A DNA stretch of 49,597 nt from Tubiluchus corallicola (GCA_030141605.1 JAQGDQ010000859.1:15987-65583); one strand, 5' to 3'; positions 12,799 through 27,585 are shown, counted from the first letter of the stretch. Notes: generated by a model not told the origin, from the sequence alone. Numbers and translations: made by a program.

Positions 12799-15700
12799 AG
12801 TAAAGCCTACATCCAACTGCCAGCTTTCTAATACAAGCGTATTTTAACACATAATAAGAAAACTACAGAGCGCAAATGCAAAGAGATTCGGGTAGTAGCT
12901 ATCAATCAAAGCTCAAAACGTACGAGACAGCAATTTCCGATCACAAGCTTTGCCGCTTAGCGACTCAATATACATGAACATGTCAGTATTGTTCCAGTAA
13001 TGATCGTGTCATGTGGGACACCGCTCATCAGTCAATGTTTTAGTAAGCTTTGGCAATAATGCTGATCACGTTAGATGAGAGATTATACTAACTTCACAAA
13101 ATACATAATTCCTATAGAACAATTTATAAATCATACAATATCTTTTTTTGATGCAGCTTGATTTTTGGAATCTCGTAGTAAGTGTTAACGATGTAACTTT
13201 TAACTTATCATATGCATCGCTTAAACGTGGAAAGCAACACTACACACAGCCTGATTCTCCAATATTACCCTGTTAAGCAGCTGAAGAGCAGGGCATGACT
13301 AAAGTAAGGCTGATGGTTGACAAATGATTATTAATGTAAGCATAGCATAATTTTCAACACTGCAAAATGACTTAGTAATAATTACAAAAATAAAAGGAGG
13401 AAAAGAAGAAATGGGCTTAAAATATAATGACTTTTTAACCTTCGAAGAAAACATACGTTTACATTTTTAGTACAGTATTTAATAGTCCTGCCCCTATTGT
13501 ACCCACATCATTAAAGCAATAAATAATCATACTATCCCACAAGGTACCAGTCAATACACGTTTGATGTTTAATAATGGCACAAGGTTTTACTGTCAGCCA
13601 CTATAGAAGTGGCCATAGACAGCTACTGTTCAGGATTAAGTAGATTAAAACATCTAAAAATTGAATTTATCATTAAACTCCCACAGTGACATCACTTTCC
13701 CTACACAGTAAAGGTAAATTATTAAAAAGTTGAAACAATAAATAGCTATCATAATTTTGGTACTTTACTTGAAAAACCTAGATAATATTGTCAGAACAAA
13801 GTTAAAAGAAATAACTGTTCCTGCAATCATTGATTATTTAACTGAATCAAAGGCGGAACAAATTTACCTTTTGGCCTAATGACTTAAAACTGAATAAATA
13901 CTAAACTTCTGGCAAATATTTTTTCTTAAGATTTCTGCACTAGAATAAAGTGAGTCATGCAGTAGTAATTATTAGCCAACAACACAAAATTAATTTGTTT
14001 GGTGAAGTAATTTTGTTATAGTTCTACAGGCCAGTTATAGCATTTTGTACCAATTTATTTGGTTGTCAAATTGTCAGCAAAACAATCAGAAAAACTTTAA
14101 ATTTTAAATGCGAATATTATTCCAATTTGAAATTTGAAAAACAATCATAACTCTACGCATTAGCACCAGAAATGTCACTACAGTTTAAAACAATCACAGA
14201 ATCAAGAAATTATAAAAATAAATAAATAAACAAGAAGTGTCAAGAAGAAAATTACTAACTGACACAAATCTATCTCAATTCAAAGGTTTAAAGGAAAACA
14301 CGGCAACTTTTTATATCCTATCCCATTTTGAAGTATGGTAACAAGTATACATTTTAACACTTATAGCAATGCCAAGGTGTTTTTGATAATTATATATGAT
14401 AAGGACATCACAACTGAACATGATTTTCACAGCACAATCTTTCCATGAGTGTGTTGCACATGTTTGCGAAAACAAAAATTGAAGTACAGTGCTACTGTAC
14501 AACATTTAATGTGATATACAAAAAACTTTGCAAATTTTAACTTTAAAATTCGAATTTCAAATTCACCGCCCGCTGTGCTCACGCATGAGCTCTTGAATAT
14601 GTGTATTATGTCACAACCAAACACCATTGAACTGAGAGGTACAGCACCTGTTTTTTGTGCAACACATTTTCTAGATGCAGGTGCTAGTGCCCATCTAACT
14701 AGCGAATAGCAAAATACATGTAACAGCAAAGAACTACTTGTATGAATGCAAAATTACATTTCTGTGGTAATAATTCTTTCACGTAACTCATTGAAAAAAT
14801 AGCACAATTCCTTTCAATATTTTATAGATTAGATTGATTTGAGCTATAGTTTAACATTGGGTCTGGTTTTCCCTTAAAACAAAATGCTAAAATAACTGTC
14901 GACTTTTTGAGTCTTGATGGAGTATTTACAACGTACTACAGACTACAAAAAAGGATAATAAATATGACTCATCAACACGTTTTGCTTGTTCTGATGTTCA
15001 AGTGGAAAAATATACAGCTCTACAACATTACTGGCAGTCAGACATTTTTTGATAGCAAAACTCACTAATTACAATTATTGATATATCAGTTATCCAGACC
15101 AGATTACTTATTAATAATTACAATTACAATTACTGACAGATTAATTACTCTGATTGACATATTAGAGTAAATGAATGATAAAGCCAACAGCATCACTGGT
15201 TTCTTGAGCTCTAAGTGTGATACTGTATTTGGTGAAGCTCTTTGCAGTTACATCCCAGTGATAGTCATTAGCTAGTAGCTACATAGTAATAGTTCAACCA
15301 CTGGCAGCAGTACAGCAATTAGCTACCTTTAATTATATACATTGGTTCTCTCTAGATAGGAAGAAAAAATTTTATCGAGAAAGCCTTTTATACAAAAGAA
15401 CAAATGAAAAATGTTTGATATAGTTAAAAAGCTACAGTGCAAAAACCTTTAAACTCACATTCTATATTCGATACCAGCCAATTTGGCAGCCACCCACAGA
15501 TGTATATAAGCACTTTTTCCAGATCCATGCTAATAACTTAAGCGATTCAGATTCTTGTACAAATAAGAAAGTATTAACCTGGCTACATTCATTGTTCCTA
15601 GACAACAAGCGTATAAACGGCCATGCTTATTTACAGAATAATGTAGCTGGTACAAAGGTCAACCAAAGAGAGTGAAATCACTGTTCTGTATGTAATACTA

Positions 15701-15993
15701 AGGAAATTTGTAGTGATTTGCTACAGTCTTTAAAAAACTGACTAAGGTAAACCTAAGACATCTTTTGTTGTTTCTGTACATAAGGTAAATTCCAGTTATT
15801 AGTTCACATTACACAGCTTGATGGGATTTGCTTTTTTGTGTCTGCTACCTGCTTATAATAAATATTTAATATTATTTGATGGCATCACATTTCACCAATT
15901 CTGTGCATCCTACACATCAAAATGTGTAATAAAATAGGAAATTAAGGCACAAAATTTTGAGAAATTTATGAAACTGCCGACATTTTCACGTTC

Positions 15994-16194
15994 TTTTAAA
16001 ACAAATTTATACATTTTTTGAGAGATATAGGACTTGGTAAAATTTCTATTTTTAATACTTAAATAAAGACGTATTTTTCGAAAATAAGTAATTGAAGGTA
16101 ATTGTTTTAAAACTAATTTATACATTTTTGGAGATATGTGGGATCTGTTAAATTTTCCATTTTTAACAGTTAAACAAAGACGTATATTTCGAAA
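15994..16194. repeat. Diverged tandem duplication, ~111-bp offset
   Basis: ttttaaaac..atttatacatttt..gagatat..aaagacgtat.tttcgaaa recurs at 15994 and 16105. Confidence 0.75.
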
Positions 16195-19100
16195 TTTGCA
16201 ATAGCTTTAATTTGGAAATGTTATTCAGCTGGCTTATTGACAATGTTACAATGAACAATACATCAATATGCGCAAAATTTTCAATGACATTAGCTTTATA
16301 TTATGTTGGGTAGAAGTATTTTTAGGGCAGACAGATAAACAAACAGGACACTGTTGCATTTGGCAGATTCTACTTATTTCAAAATTTAATTATTTTGAGA
16401 GGCTCAAAATTTAAACTCTTTCAAATAAGAAAATCAAAATCAAAATAAGAATACAATAGTTATATTTTCAAATTTTAAGAATTTAAGCTTATGAAAGGTG
16501 TAACTTGGTATCTTAAAGAAAAACAGGACAATTTTTCAGATCGTATCCCATTTTGAAGTATAATAAAAATATACATTTTATCACCGGCAACAGCATTTTC
16601 CTTTTCAATATTTTATACATTTATACTGTAAGTTAGATTATTTTAACCATGGTATAAAATCACAACCTGTTTCCTTTCTACTAGTTTATTCTAATCAGTA
16701 ATGAGAACAAGAGATAAAACAAAGCAATAAAACAATGTCTTTATGAAGGGCTCAATAACTAATTTATGTATAAACTAAATGTTACTAAAGAATTATGTAC
16801 CAATCAAAGAGATAACAGCTCTACACAGTGCCTAGCTAATCTCTGAGTAAACATCAATATTTTATTAAGTTATATGTTTAATATGAGCTGATCAATTTGA
16901 ATTGCTATCTGAATTGAAAAAAATCTCGATTTGCGAGACTTACAGAGAAAAGTTATTCATTTATTTCAAAATTACTTTGAAGTTTTAAAAATCGATAGAA
17001 TGAATTGAAAGTAACATAAATTTAGTTTTATTAACATTTATTGAACGTTAATATTTCATCTATGATGACCTTTTAAAAAAACTTAAAGCTCTATCAACTC
17101 GCAATGGAATGTCATAAAATTTAACACAAATATATAAGAACAAATTCTGTATCAATCAACGAGTTGGATTTTTGATCTGCCATTTTGGTTTCAAGATGGC
17201 GGTGACAACATTATTTTCAAAAAACCAAAATGCTATTTCTAAACAAATCAGCTGATATAACAAGAACAAAAACTTGCAGATGATGCGAAGCCATTGTTGG
17301 CAATTGCGAATTTTAGGTTAATTTATTGTTTTTTGATAAGTGAAATAGCTTGGGTGAAGTGCTGAAGGCCTGAAACTCCTTAAATTCTTTGAACTCAAAG
17401 TAATTTATTTTCACGTTTACATGATAGAAGACATTTAGTGGAACTAGATATTGCTGTTTCCTAATGGTTGTGTTTCATACCTGATAGAAAAAGAAAGCAA
17501 GGACACCAAATTAAAATATGCACATAATTATTAATGATCACATATTATGGTATTTACGATGCACAAAAATGACAACGAAACTCTTAGACTGATTAGTATT
17601 ACATCATACTAGGTTTTACTGCTTATAGGGCTTGCTACACATTAACAGACTAATAAACAATAATGACTGCATGACTAGAGAATAAAGATTTTATGTTACA
17701 CGACCAGTATGAAAAGCAATTATACATTTATGCGTCTATACTTTAGATTGTCCTAGAGTAGGAGCATCCCAGAGATAGTATTCTGTGGGATAACAACATT
17801 ATACCAACAGAAAGAGGAAACATTAGCCTTTGGGTTTTATACTTGGAAAAGAATCGCCTAGAAATAGGCCACTATAGAGCCAGTTCATGGTTAATTAAGT
17901 GAAATGGCTAATTACGTAGTCCTACACGCTATTAATACAGCATATAGCCTGTTAAAAACCCGTTTGTATGGGCGAATCTAGGCAATCAGATTGCTAAAGT
18001 AAATACACCTTGGTATGTCGAAAATCTCTAGAGATATATTTCACGATAGCCCAGTTGACAAAGTGCCTTAGATTCATGTTGAAATGAACATTATAAGTGG
18101 GTATGTCTAATTTAAATATTAATAAGAATGTCATTTAAGTGATTTCAAAAATGAAATACTGGATTATTTGGACGTCTGTATATGACCACAAAAACAAAGT
18201 GGTGTCTTTTTATCAAATTGATTTTCAGCCACAGATCTCCCTTCACATGCAGAAAGTTTAAGTGAGCATTAGTTAAGGATTGAAGACTTATTACTGTTAA
18301 AATTATAATTCAGGAGAAAAGTATACCTAAAACTATAATTAACGTAATCTCTATACTATGGATACCGTCAGCAGCACGTGAAGAATTACTCATCACTATA
18401 GTGAACTAAAAAAGGCTGTTCATCTAAAACAATAGAAGAGAGATGAGCATGTGAAGAATCAAGAAAGAATACATAAGTTTTGCATCAGTATAGTATTAAA
18501 ATTGGAATAGATAAAAACTGTGAACTGTAGTTTTTGTTATATAGTCTGAGTAAAAAAGCTGGTCCACATGAGCCCATATTCCAGAGGGTTTCTGAACAAT
18601 TGAATCCTATTGTATCTTTTAGTTTTATTTTGTATGTACAGTCAAAACTTGATGTTATTTTTATTAACCATGAGAAACCAGGTGTGCCATGAGACTGCAC
18701 AAAATGAGTTAAAATCATGAGGCTCATGGCATGAGTCGCAGGAGTTGAGAGATCTATTTGTGTTGACATTAAATTTTAATGCAAAATCAGAAGCTCTAAC
18801 TGTGTTCCACATGACATGTTTTACAAACAAATACACAAAGCAAAATCAAAACTGAGGCAGTCGGAGTGAAGAAAGTCTCTTACGGCCATAGAACAGCAAA
18901 TTCAAATTGACTGCTTGATTCTCCTTAAACAGAAACACAAATTTCAATTTAATCAAAGCAAAACACATTCCTTACTCAGATATTTGTCCAATTGTAGATT
19001 TCCTTTCATAAAGTTTTAAACCCTTAACTGAAAATACTTTATAAAATTCATAAATTCGTGAGAACTTAATTTGAACGAAGTCTGAATTAATATCAAATTC

Positions 19101-20716
19101 CTGCACCCATCTCTAAGCCTCAAGCAAAAATAAATTAAAATATAATGGAAGCTGCGCTGTAAATTCGCATTAGTCCATCGAAGCGTGTGCACAAATGTGT
19201 ATCGGTATCAAATTTAACTACAATATTAGACGACTAATTACTAACACAAATTTTACTTCCGTATTCCTAAGTACTTATTAATGTAGGAAACTAGTAATAC
19301 AGCAAGGTACTTTGACTTTCGTGGAACAATTTCGAGCAACAGAAGAAATCTTGAGTGACGTTCAACGGTTCAGAGCCATACACTGGCTCCTCTTCAGTCT
19401 CCACCTTTACCAAGATGAGCACAACTGTGCAAGAGCAATAATTTTTTCAATCAACCGTCATTACAATATTATGGTCATTCACAATTTTTGCATATTACGT
19501 GGCGTTTATGTAGCATCCGGATGCGTTTTTTTTTTGGGGGGGGGGGAGGGGGGAGGGAGCGGATTAGGGTTAAGCACTGAACGTTCGAGTTTGAACATTC
19601 GAATTCGATTCATTACTACAATTATTATAGATTCGAATAATTCAGCACTTCAGCCGCATATGATCTTTATCATTAACATTAAACAGCAACAAACAAATTA
19701 CATTTCAATTCCATCATATTTAACTTGATTTTCATTATGTTTTTTTTTAAATATCTGCAAGCCCACACTCCCTAGCTCTAATACACTATTGTTTTTCAGA
19801 TTTTCTACCTATCAAGGAAAAATTTTCATATTCTATTTTTCTGTGTTCTATTTTTATGCTCTTGCAATATCTCTGGGTTTATAGCTTTATTATTATTATT
19901 TTCTCTTTTCCATACCGATTTTTCAAGTTGCTTCTTGTTTTGCCAGCATGCTGTAATTTTCCGTCATAATCATCAGATTCCCATTTATTTCCAAATACCA
20001 ACAATCTTTGTAGTTGTGATTGTTTCCATTTTGTTATGCTTTGCTATGCAAAACATGTTGATCATTTTTGCAATTGAAAAAAAGCCGATCGCATCGTAGT
20101 AATCATTACGAGAGTCACACCAAGTAACGTGCAGCACCCCACTTGCGAGAACTAAATACTTAGCGCTGATGGCTGACTATGATGACTCAGAATTAGCACA
20201 AAAATATCTATTTAGCTATAGGTAAGGTTTAAAACATGCCTACGTGAACCTAAAGATCGTTGCGTGAATCGTACCTAACACCGCATTTACGACAGAAAGC
20301 AAAACTTGCTTACGCAGGTATGTGAATTTGTTGCGTAAATTTCTCGTACGCAAACAAGCACACAAGCGTTTCGTAGGTAACCCACGAGCTACATTACCAT
20401 TCTACAATGTACTAGAGCAGTTGTGTGTTTTTGCCACCGGGACTCCGGGAGTTATTCTGTCCTAAACATGCACCCGTCCAATCTACCAATACAAAGTATT
20501 TTTTAAATGCATGATACCGGTTTTTACGGATATTTCTCTTGCGCTTAGGCAATTATACTTTGCACAAATTTTTAACTAGTGCACAACACTAGACACAACA
20601 GAAGTATTAAAATATTAGTCACATAACATGAAAATGCATGGCTCAAAGTTGTCAAAATATTCCCAACTAAACTGCAGAAAACAATACTACTAGTGCAATA
20701 TTTTAGTTTCTTTTTA

Positions 20717-21039
<323 letters not shown>

Positions 21040-23348
21040 GTAGTATAACTAAGACGTAAGCATAGTTACAATAAAAGAACTTAACTATTTGGTGTTTGGC
21101 GTTAAATATACAAAGGCTACCATAATCACAAATAAATTTAGTAATTTTATGATAAGATATGTTAGAAATATCAACTATGGTTTCCAAAATGTACCTATTA
21201 ACACTAATAAAATAACTTTAACTTGCAATTTTTTTGCAGTAATACAGCAGCATAGTATCAGGCTTACACAGTAAATCGTTACACATGCGCGGTAAATTAA
21301 TTTTAGAACGATCATAAGGATAGTAATATCGGCGTGAGTAAAAAGGCTTGTATAGAACACAGTACTATAAGAAATAAATATTTCCTATTATGTAATAACG
21401 TGGGTGAGATAATTGTTATTATAATACTAGTATACACAATTATTACGTTATAATCTTTACACGAGTCAGGAAGGATTGGCCTATTTTGCCATATTATGTA
21501 AAAATTCAGTAGCAGCAGTGGTAACAATTTAATGTTATTTCTGTTATTCAGTGTCATCATTAAAATCAAAATAGCATAGTAAAAAAACGATTTTATAACA
21601 GGTTGACGCAGACTAGCTTTAAAGTTCAGAGTAATGTCTAAAAACGAGCTAAACGATACTAGGCCTATATGAACTTGGAGATAAGCTCTTCAAAGGCTTT
21701 GGTTAGTATGTTTTCAATCTCGGATTTTAGAGCTGGTTCCTGAATTAACTGCAGCGGTTCAGTTTGGCTTGGCAGTGTTGTAGAACATTTATTAAGATAA
21801 TGATAGGTTTAGCCGTTTCTGCATAGTACAAACTGCTTCGTTCAGATGGCTCTCTCGTTCGTTGTGGGTCTTTACTTACTGGCGTTGGGAGAAGACCAGG
21901 TTTCTTAACTGCGTCTGAATAGCTGGTATTGTGAGATGAACCAATACGTAAACTAAACGAGTTATTTTGGCGCGAAATTGCAGAATTGTGTTGGTGTGGG
22001 TTTGCATGGGACATTGGCTTGCGATTTGTTTTCACGTACCAACGCTTAGGATCATTGTGCAAACATAAGTTCAGTCGTTGTGCTAATTTTGATACACCTG
22101 TACGACTTAAATGTAAACCGTCTCTTGCCATTAACTCTTCAGCTAAAAAATGACTTTGAATGTTGCACAATAAATGACCCTCTTTGTTAGCTAAATAGAC
22201 TAGATCATCATTAAAAGAGCGTATAAGCTCGTTTGCCAGAAAGGCATTACATGGTTTCGCATTAAAATGCTTACTTTTTGAAGTCAGCGGTATATTACAA
22301 ATAAAAATGTTTGCAACTTTAAACTTACTTGCAATGTTTTTTGCACAATTGTCTGCAATTGTAATGATGTCTCTAACTGATGATTCTTTGTCGATATGTT
22401 GTTGCATTTTTGCACTAGCCGTCTTATGTCATTTACACCACAAGCGATGATCACGTTTTCAAGTTTCATAGCTGGATAATGGTTTAACACTTGTGTGCTT
22501 AACTCTTCTAGTGTTAAGCCTCTGTATGAGTGTACCTAGACGTTTTACCTGATGCCCTTTGGATTTAAGTATACGGTCCTTGAGTCTCCCAGGACTAGCG
22601 CTTGAGTGGCTGCATGTATGGTTTTGTGGTTTTTTCCTTCTTTGACTCACAGTTATTGGGCATTGGAAGTTTCCTTTTCCTGCAAGGTTTCGCCTTGCGA
22701 TGGAAGGTCGTTATTCCCGTGTTTCGAAGAGGAGGTGTCTCCATTCCCAAGCAAAGTTTGACTTGCTTTATCTGTGTGACTGGGAACTTTGGAGGAACTA
22801 TCACTTCTATGGTTGCTTACATTTTGTTTTCTTTTTTGTAGTTCAGAGAGTTCCGCTGATAATTTATGAACCTTTTCGATGATAGTTGACTGCTCTTTGT
22901 AGCTGGCAGCTAGTTTTGATTCCAAGTATTGAATTGTCTGTTTACTCTCTTTTTCGTCATTTTTGGCTTTTATTTGCAAGGAAATTAGCATTTGTTTATA
23001 TCGTTCGCCTTCTGGATCACCAACAAGTACGAAGTCAGGAAACACAATTTCTGCCGCCTCGTGTCCATCATTTCCCATATTCGTCGTTTGCCTCTATTTT
23101 TGAAGCACCTTTCACACGTTGCAAGAAATAGCTGATTTTTATTTACTGGATATTTTGCACTTTTGCAAAGCGTGCAACTTTTCCTTGCCATTCATGTATG
23201 TCTTTTAACATTTATACTTTGTTCGACGTAGTATCTTTTAACTATAAGTAAATTTATACAGCCTTGGCCTCACGGCCTAATCACAATCTATTCAACACTA
23301 ACTGGTATAATTAGCAACCGGAGCACGTGACAAACAACTGACAACAAC

Positions 23349-23349
<1 letters not shown>
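21040..23349 (-). mobile_element. Decayed retroelement-like unit with an ORF1-type protein (CxxC-CxxC, coiled coil, SGNH/GDSL esterase); no intact ORF2
   Basis: Intronless ORF relic bounded by (CAT)n on both sides. Domain order resembles CR1/L2-group ORF1 esterases. Boundaries are inferred from the microsatellites. Confidence 0.65.
21665..23191 (-). pseudogene. Disrupted SGNH-hydrolase ORF1-like coding sequence
   Basis: N-terminal CTLC...CERC; coiled coil at ~22830-23000; block I LVLGDS (GDS 22581-22589); block II SYRG; block III CGVND (22428-22439); block V DGLH (22111-22122). Several in-frame stops and about 3 frameshifts. Confidence 0.85.
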
Positions 23350-23397
<48 letters not shown>

Positions 23398-23409
23398 AAT
23401 CATCATCAT

Positions 23410-23460
<51 letters not shown>

Positions 23461-23505
23461 TAACATTGTCATTTCCATTATCATTACCATTATCATTATT
23501 ATTAT
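23350..23505. repeat. (CAT)n microsatellite decaying into (CATTAT)n
   Basis: Directly visible. Confidence 0.95.
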
Positions 23506-23714
23506 AGGAAAGCCTAATTCAATTGATTCACAGGTGTGACCAACGAGACAATATCTGGACAGGGCGGAATAGAGTTGTCCACTACACTTTACGATGACGG
23601 TTTTGAGTTTAAGCAACCTACTGCCGAACTTAAAAAGCAACTGTAAGGCACTGGATGTGAACGCTCTGCTTTAACGGAGCTGAGTAAATTTTGCGCCCCC
23701 GTTATCACAGGAAT

Positions 23715-23922
23715 CCAGCTAAAAGAATCACGGGTAAAAAGCCACAGAAAACAGTCACAGGAAAAAAATCACAAGAGAAAGAGGACGGAAAAAAATAAAT
23801 AACCCTAACCCTAACCTTAATCCGAACCTTAGACAAAATTAACTGACTTTTTCCAGTGATTTTTCAACCTAGCCAAAATTGTAACTTTCCGCGACTTTTT
23901 TCCCGTGACTTTATTACCGGTC
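23715..23922. mobile_element. Palindromic MITE-like remnant with inverted aaaaagtcac-type subrepeats around a central (ccctaa)n tract
   Basis: aatcacgggtaaaaagccacag... on the left mirrors ...gacttttttcccgtgacttt on the right; taaccctaaccctaacc in the centre. Confidence 0.5.
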
Positions 23923-24609
23923 CACCTATCGGTCACTTGCTAATTAATAAGTGGTATACTATCCTACACTATACTACAACTTTGAGTAAAGTATCATTTA
24001 TCGCTAACATTTATCAGAAGTAGTTTTAAAACTTGTAACTTGCAAATTATAAAATTCTGTTTAAACATAGCAAAATTTTGTTGAAGTTTAATCATTAAGT
24101 AAAGTTCTTGAGGTAGGCCTACAGTTGGGCTGTTACTACTATAGTATGCATGGGTAATTAATTTCTATCCTTTTTGCAATATAGAGTCTGCACATGTAGC
24201 AATACTCTGTCCCACAGCACATCTCTGCATTTGTAGCACTGCCACTTCTGTGAGTTTCGGCAGAAAAAAACTGAAATATATTGCTACTCTTTTGGCCCTG
24301 AGGTTGAGTAGAGGAAACGGAAAATAATTGGAAATAAAAGTATAGTATTTGTACAAACGCCATATTCGAGCTGCGCATGTAAATAAATAAATTCATAAAA
24401 TAAAATATTTAAAATAATTACAAAATATTAATTCATTAATATTTTAAACAATATAACATTAGTATATTAAAACGATAAAATAATTAAATTCATTATGGTT
24501 ATCAGCAACGTCTAAACTACGTTTTTATGCAGTGTAACGCCTTCAGATACTAGTAAAAAGTGTTAGCATGAAATTATTGACCCATATTCTTGGAAATTAC
24601 CCGTTATAT

Positions 24610-25260
24610 TTTATTTATTTATTTATTAAATATATCCACAATATATTTATTATTATGTGCACAAGATGCCAAGCCGCAAATGACCCGTGGGGTACTCAAG
24701 AAGTAATTACTTGTTTAGAGTACCCCAAATGAATGTGGACTGAGTGTAAGAGAAAAGAGCAGTAAAGGAGTAGAAAGAAAGGTTAATAGAGAATAGAAAG
24801 AAGGAGAAAGATGTGTTGGTATCTGTATGAGGTAACATAAACTATAGAAATGTAAAAATTGACATAGCCAGCAACACAATGGATTCCGACAGGGACAGCA
24901 GTGTAATTAATCAAATTGATTTATTCTGTATAATTAGAAAAGATTTCACTTTTAAAATTTCTTTTGAAGTTATTTATAGACAGAGAATTTTTTATGTATT
25001 CGTTGATGATATTCCAAAGTCTAGGGCCAGTGTTAGTGATGCCTTGCCGCGTCAGTCCTGCAATACTTAATACGAAATTCGTTAAATCTTGTTGAGTAAT
25101 GTCTTACGTTAATAGATAATGGGTTTAAAAAGAAAGCGGGGTGAAGTTTATGTTTGGTTTTGTAGATGTAAACAGTGGTATTCAGGTTTATTAGATCATT
25201 TAGCACTAGGATAGAATAATTCATAAAAAGATTAAGACCTACATGTTAACGCTTGTTCAA
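24610..25260 (-). mobile_element. 5'-truncated non-LTR retrotransposon (CR1/L2/Crack group): ORF2 C-terminal remnant, 3' UTR and (AATA)n tail
   Basis: Minus-strand translation ILVLNDLINLN..YIYK...LHP.FF....HYSTR.....CRT...LWNI...IKNS.S..NFK matches the typical post-RT pattern of this group. (ttat)n tail near 24611. Confidence 0.7.
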
Positions 25261-25476
25261 ATTAGCTATCAACGTTGTAGAGAGTTTAGTTTAACTAGAG
25301 TTGAAGGGTATTTACATCCAGATATATGACTGAGATTTACATCCACATATATGACTGAGACATGTCTACTGGTTCAGTGGCTCATTTTAAAAGCATACCT
25401 TCATATCAAATGTTGATAATAAAATTGTGCAATTATTCTTAATACTCTACTTTAAACAGTTTGATTTTTCTCGCAG

Positions 25477-25755
25477 ATTTCAACTCCGTCTGGGTACCGA
25501 ATCCGGTCAATCCCAACAGCACCAAGTTGCACGTGACGTTGTTCCAAGGGGATGAACTGATGCTGCAGTGCAAACACGACTGCAACCCTCGCCCCAGAAA
25601 ATATGAATGGAACGGTCCGCATATTCCGGCTAACCAAAAAACGTTATACTGGTTGAGAAAATCGGTGATAGCCGAGGATTCTGGAAATTATACGTGCACT
25701 GTTTACCATGAGTTGGGAAATTACACATCTCCTGCTGTTTCCGTTACCGTTCATA
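25477..25755 (+). CDS. IgSF membrane protein, Ig domain 1 exon
   Basis: Acceptor tttttctcgcag. GDELMLQC..DCNP.P..YEW...EDSGNYTC Ig motifs. Donor A|gtaggt, phase 1/1. Confidence 0.92.
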
Positions 25756-25766
25756 GTAGGTTCAAT

Positions 25767-26260
25767 ACGTAGTCATGATAGTACGTCTGATACGTACTTA
25801 TGGTAGTGTGTCTGATGCATAGTTTGATTGTGCGTCTGATATGTAGTTATTATAGTAAATCCGATACTTAGTCATGATAGTACGTCTGATATGTAGTTAC
25901 TATAGTAAATCCGATACTTAGTTATGATTGTGCATCTGATATGTAGTTATTATAGTAAATCCGATACATAGTTATGATTGTGCATCTGATACCCAGTATT
26001 GATAGTACTGTTGATGCACAGTCGTGATATTGTGTCTGATACGTCGTTACAATTGTTAATCCGATACGTTGTTATGACAGTATGTCTGGAGTACTTACAA
26101 TAGTATTTCTGATACCTAGTCATGATAGTGCGTCCAAGAGTAGTAATGGTATTACGTTTGAAACATAGTTGTAATAGTACATTAAAAACATAATTATGAT
26201 AGTATGTCTTATATGTTACTATACTATTATAACTATGTATAGTATGATATGTAGTTATGA
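25767..26260. repeat. Degenerate ~24-bp intronic minisatellite (tagttatgatagtacgtctgatac-like)
   Basis: Recurring tagt(c/t)atgat..t..gtctgata units starting just after the exon. Confidence 0.8.
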
Positions 26261-26983
26261 TAGTATTATGAACACGATGTCCTATTCGAGATTGTTTTCC
26301 ATGCTTGTTAGTTTGAAGGATTTTGATTATCGGTATAGTATTATAATTCTTTTAATCTTCCGTCCTATTTTTCAAACATGATCAAGGCGCTGAACATCCG
26401 GGTAGTCGAGATTAAGATCAAGAATAAGACCGCGATTATCAATGTCTAAAACCACTACAATGACCACACTTTTATGACCAACCATAATAGCACGACTAAA
26501 TTCAAGATCTGGACTTTCAATACCAAGATTGAAAATTGACGTTTCTTAGAAAATAACCATTTTTTTTCAAAAAGATACAAAATAAAACTTCTGGCCACAG
26601 TTACTACTGATAAAAAGCCTCAGGAACAAGAAATGGTATATAGGTGGTGTAACTATTGAGGATGAAATGTATATAGAAATAGATTCTAATGATCTAATGT
26701 ACTATGAAATGCATTCAATAGTACAATGCTACTAATAAGCAAAAGCATAAAATGTACCATACTAATAAGCGAATCGGCGAATATTTTTTATGTATACGTT
26801 TGAACAATATTTAACATGGTTGACAAGTTTCCGGTTAAATAATTCTGTGCATGTTAAGGCTGAATTTGAAATGTTTTTAATTTAATATTTTTGAGAGATT
26901 GTTCAGTTTTAATAAATTAATGTAGGTATTCACACTGCATATATTCAGTGTTCAGACTACAAATATTCTAAATTTCATTTCAG

Positions 26984-27307
26984 AAATAGAACGTGTTATA
27001 AAGGAACCCTTTATTCAACCTACTCGCTATGTTGTCAGTGGCGCAGCCTTAAACCTGACCTGTAACGTAAATACTTCCCTGCTGATTCAGCCCGTCAGTT
27101 CGATGCTATGGAGACATAATGGAAGCCCGCTGGTAATGTCTGACCGTTACTACTATAAGGTCAAAAATGAAGAAGAAAGGGTTGCATCCGGCTGTTATGA
27201 TCTGATCATATCGGAAGTCACTGTGGATAACTTGAAAGATAACTTCACGTGTGAAATAAGGCATGTGGACCAGACAGATATTACTAAAGTGATGGTAGAA
27301 GTTATCG
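26984..27307 (+). CDS. IgSF membrane protein, Ig domain 2 exon
   Basis: tttcatttcag acceptor. GAALNLTC...MLWRHNG...YDLIISEV...DNFTC. Donor G|gtatgc, phase 1/1. Confidence 0.92.
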
Positions 27308-27585
27308 GTATGCTTATTTGTGCCTTTGTGTAGTTTTTAAATGTAGGCCAGAGACACAGCGGGGGGGGGGGGGGGGCGACGGGAGCAATTATACCAGGGC
27401 GCAAGAGTCATAGGGCCCAAACTCCTTCTAGAGTTTAATGACTGTTAATTAATAATTACTGATTCCACATTAGCAATTAACAAAACTTTTCAAATTACAA
27501 CAAATTGCTTAGTCAGAGATCATTGTAGCTACTTAATTACTACGTACAGCCTGGAAAAAATTCGCGGAATGTGTATGGTGGGCTC

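Noticed and set aside
21745-22407. Functional host GDSL lipase gene
   Set aside because: The catalytic GDS block is separated from this ORF by stops and a frameshift; it is intronless and in TE-like context.
23800-23830. Telomeric (CCCTAA)n (also near 62-75)
   Set aside because: Only 2-3 units, inside a palindromic MITE-like element; not a telomere or convincing fusion scar.
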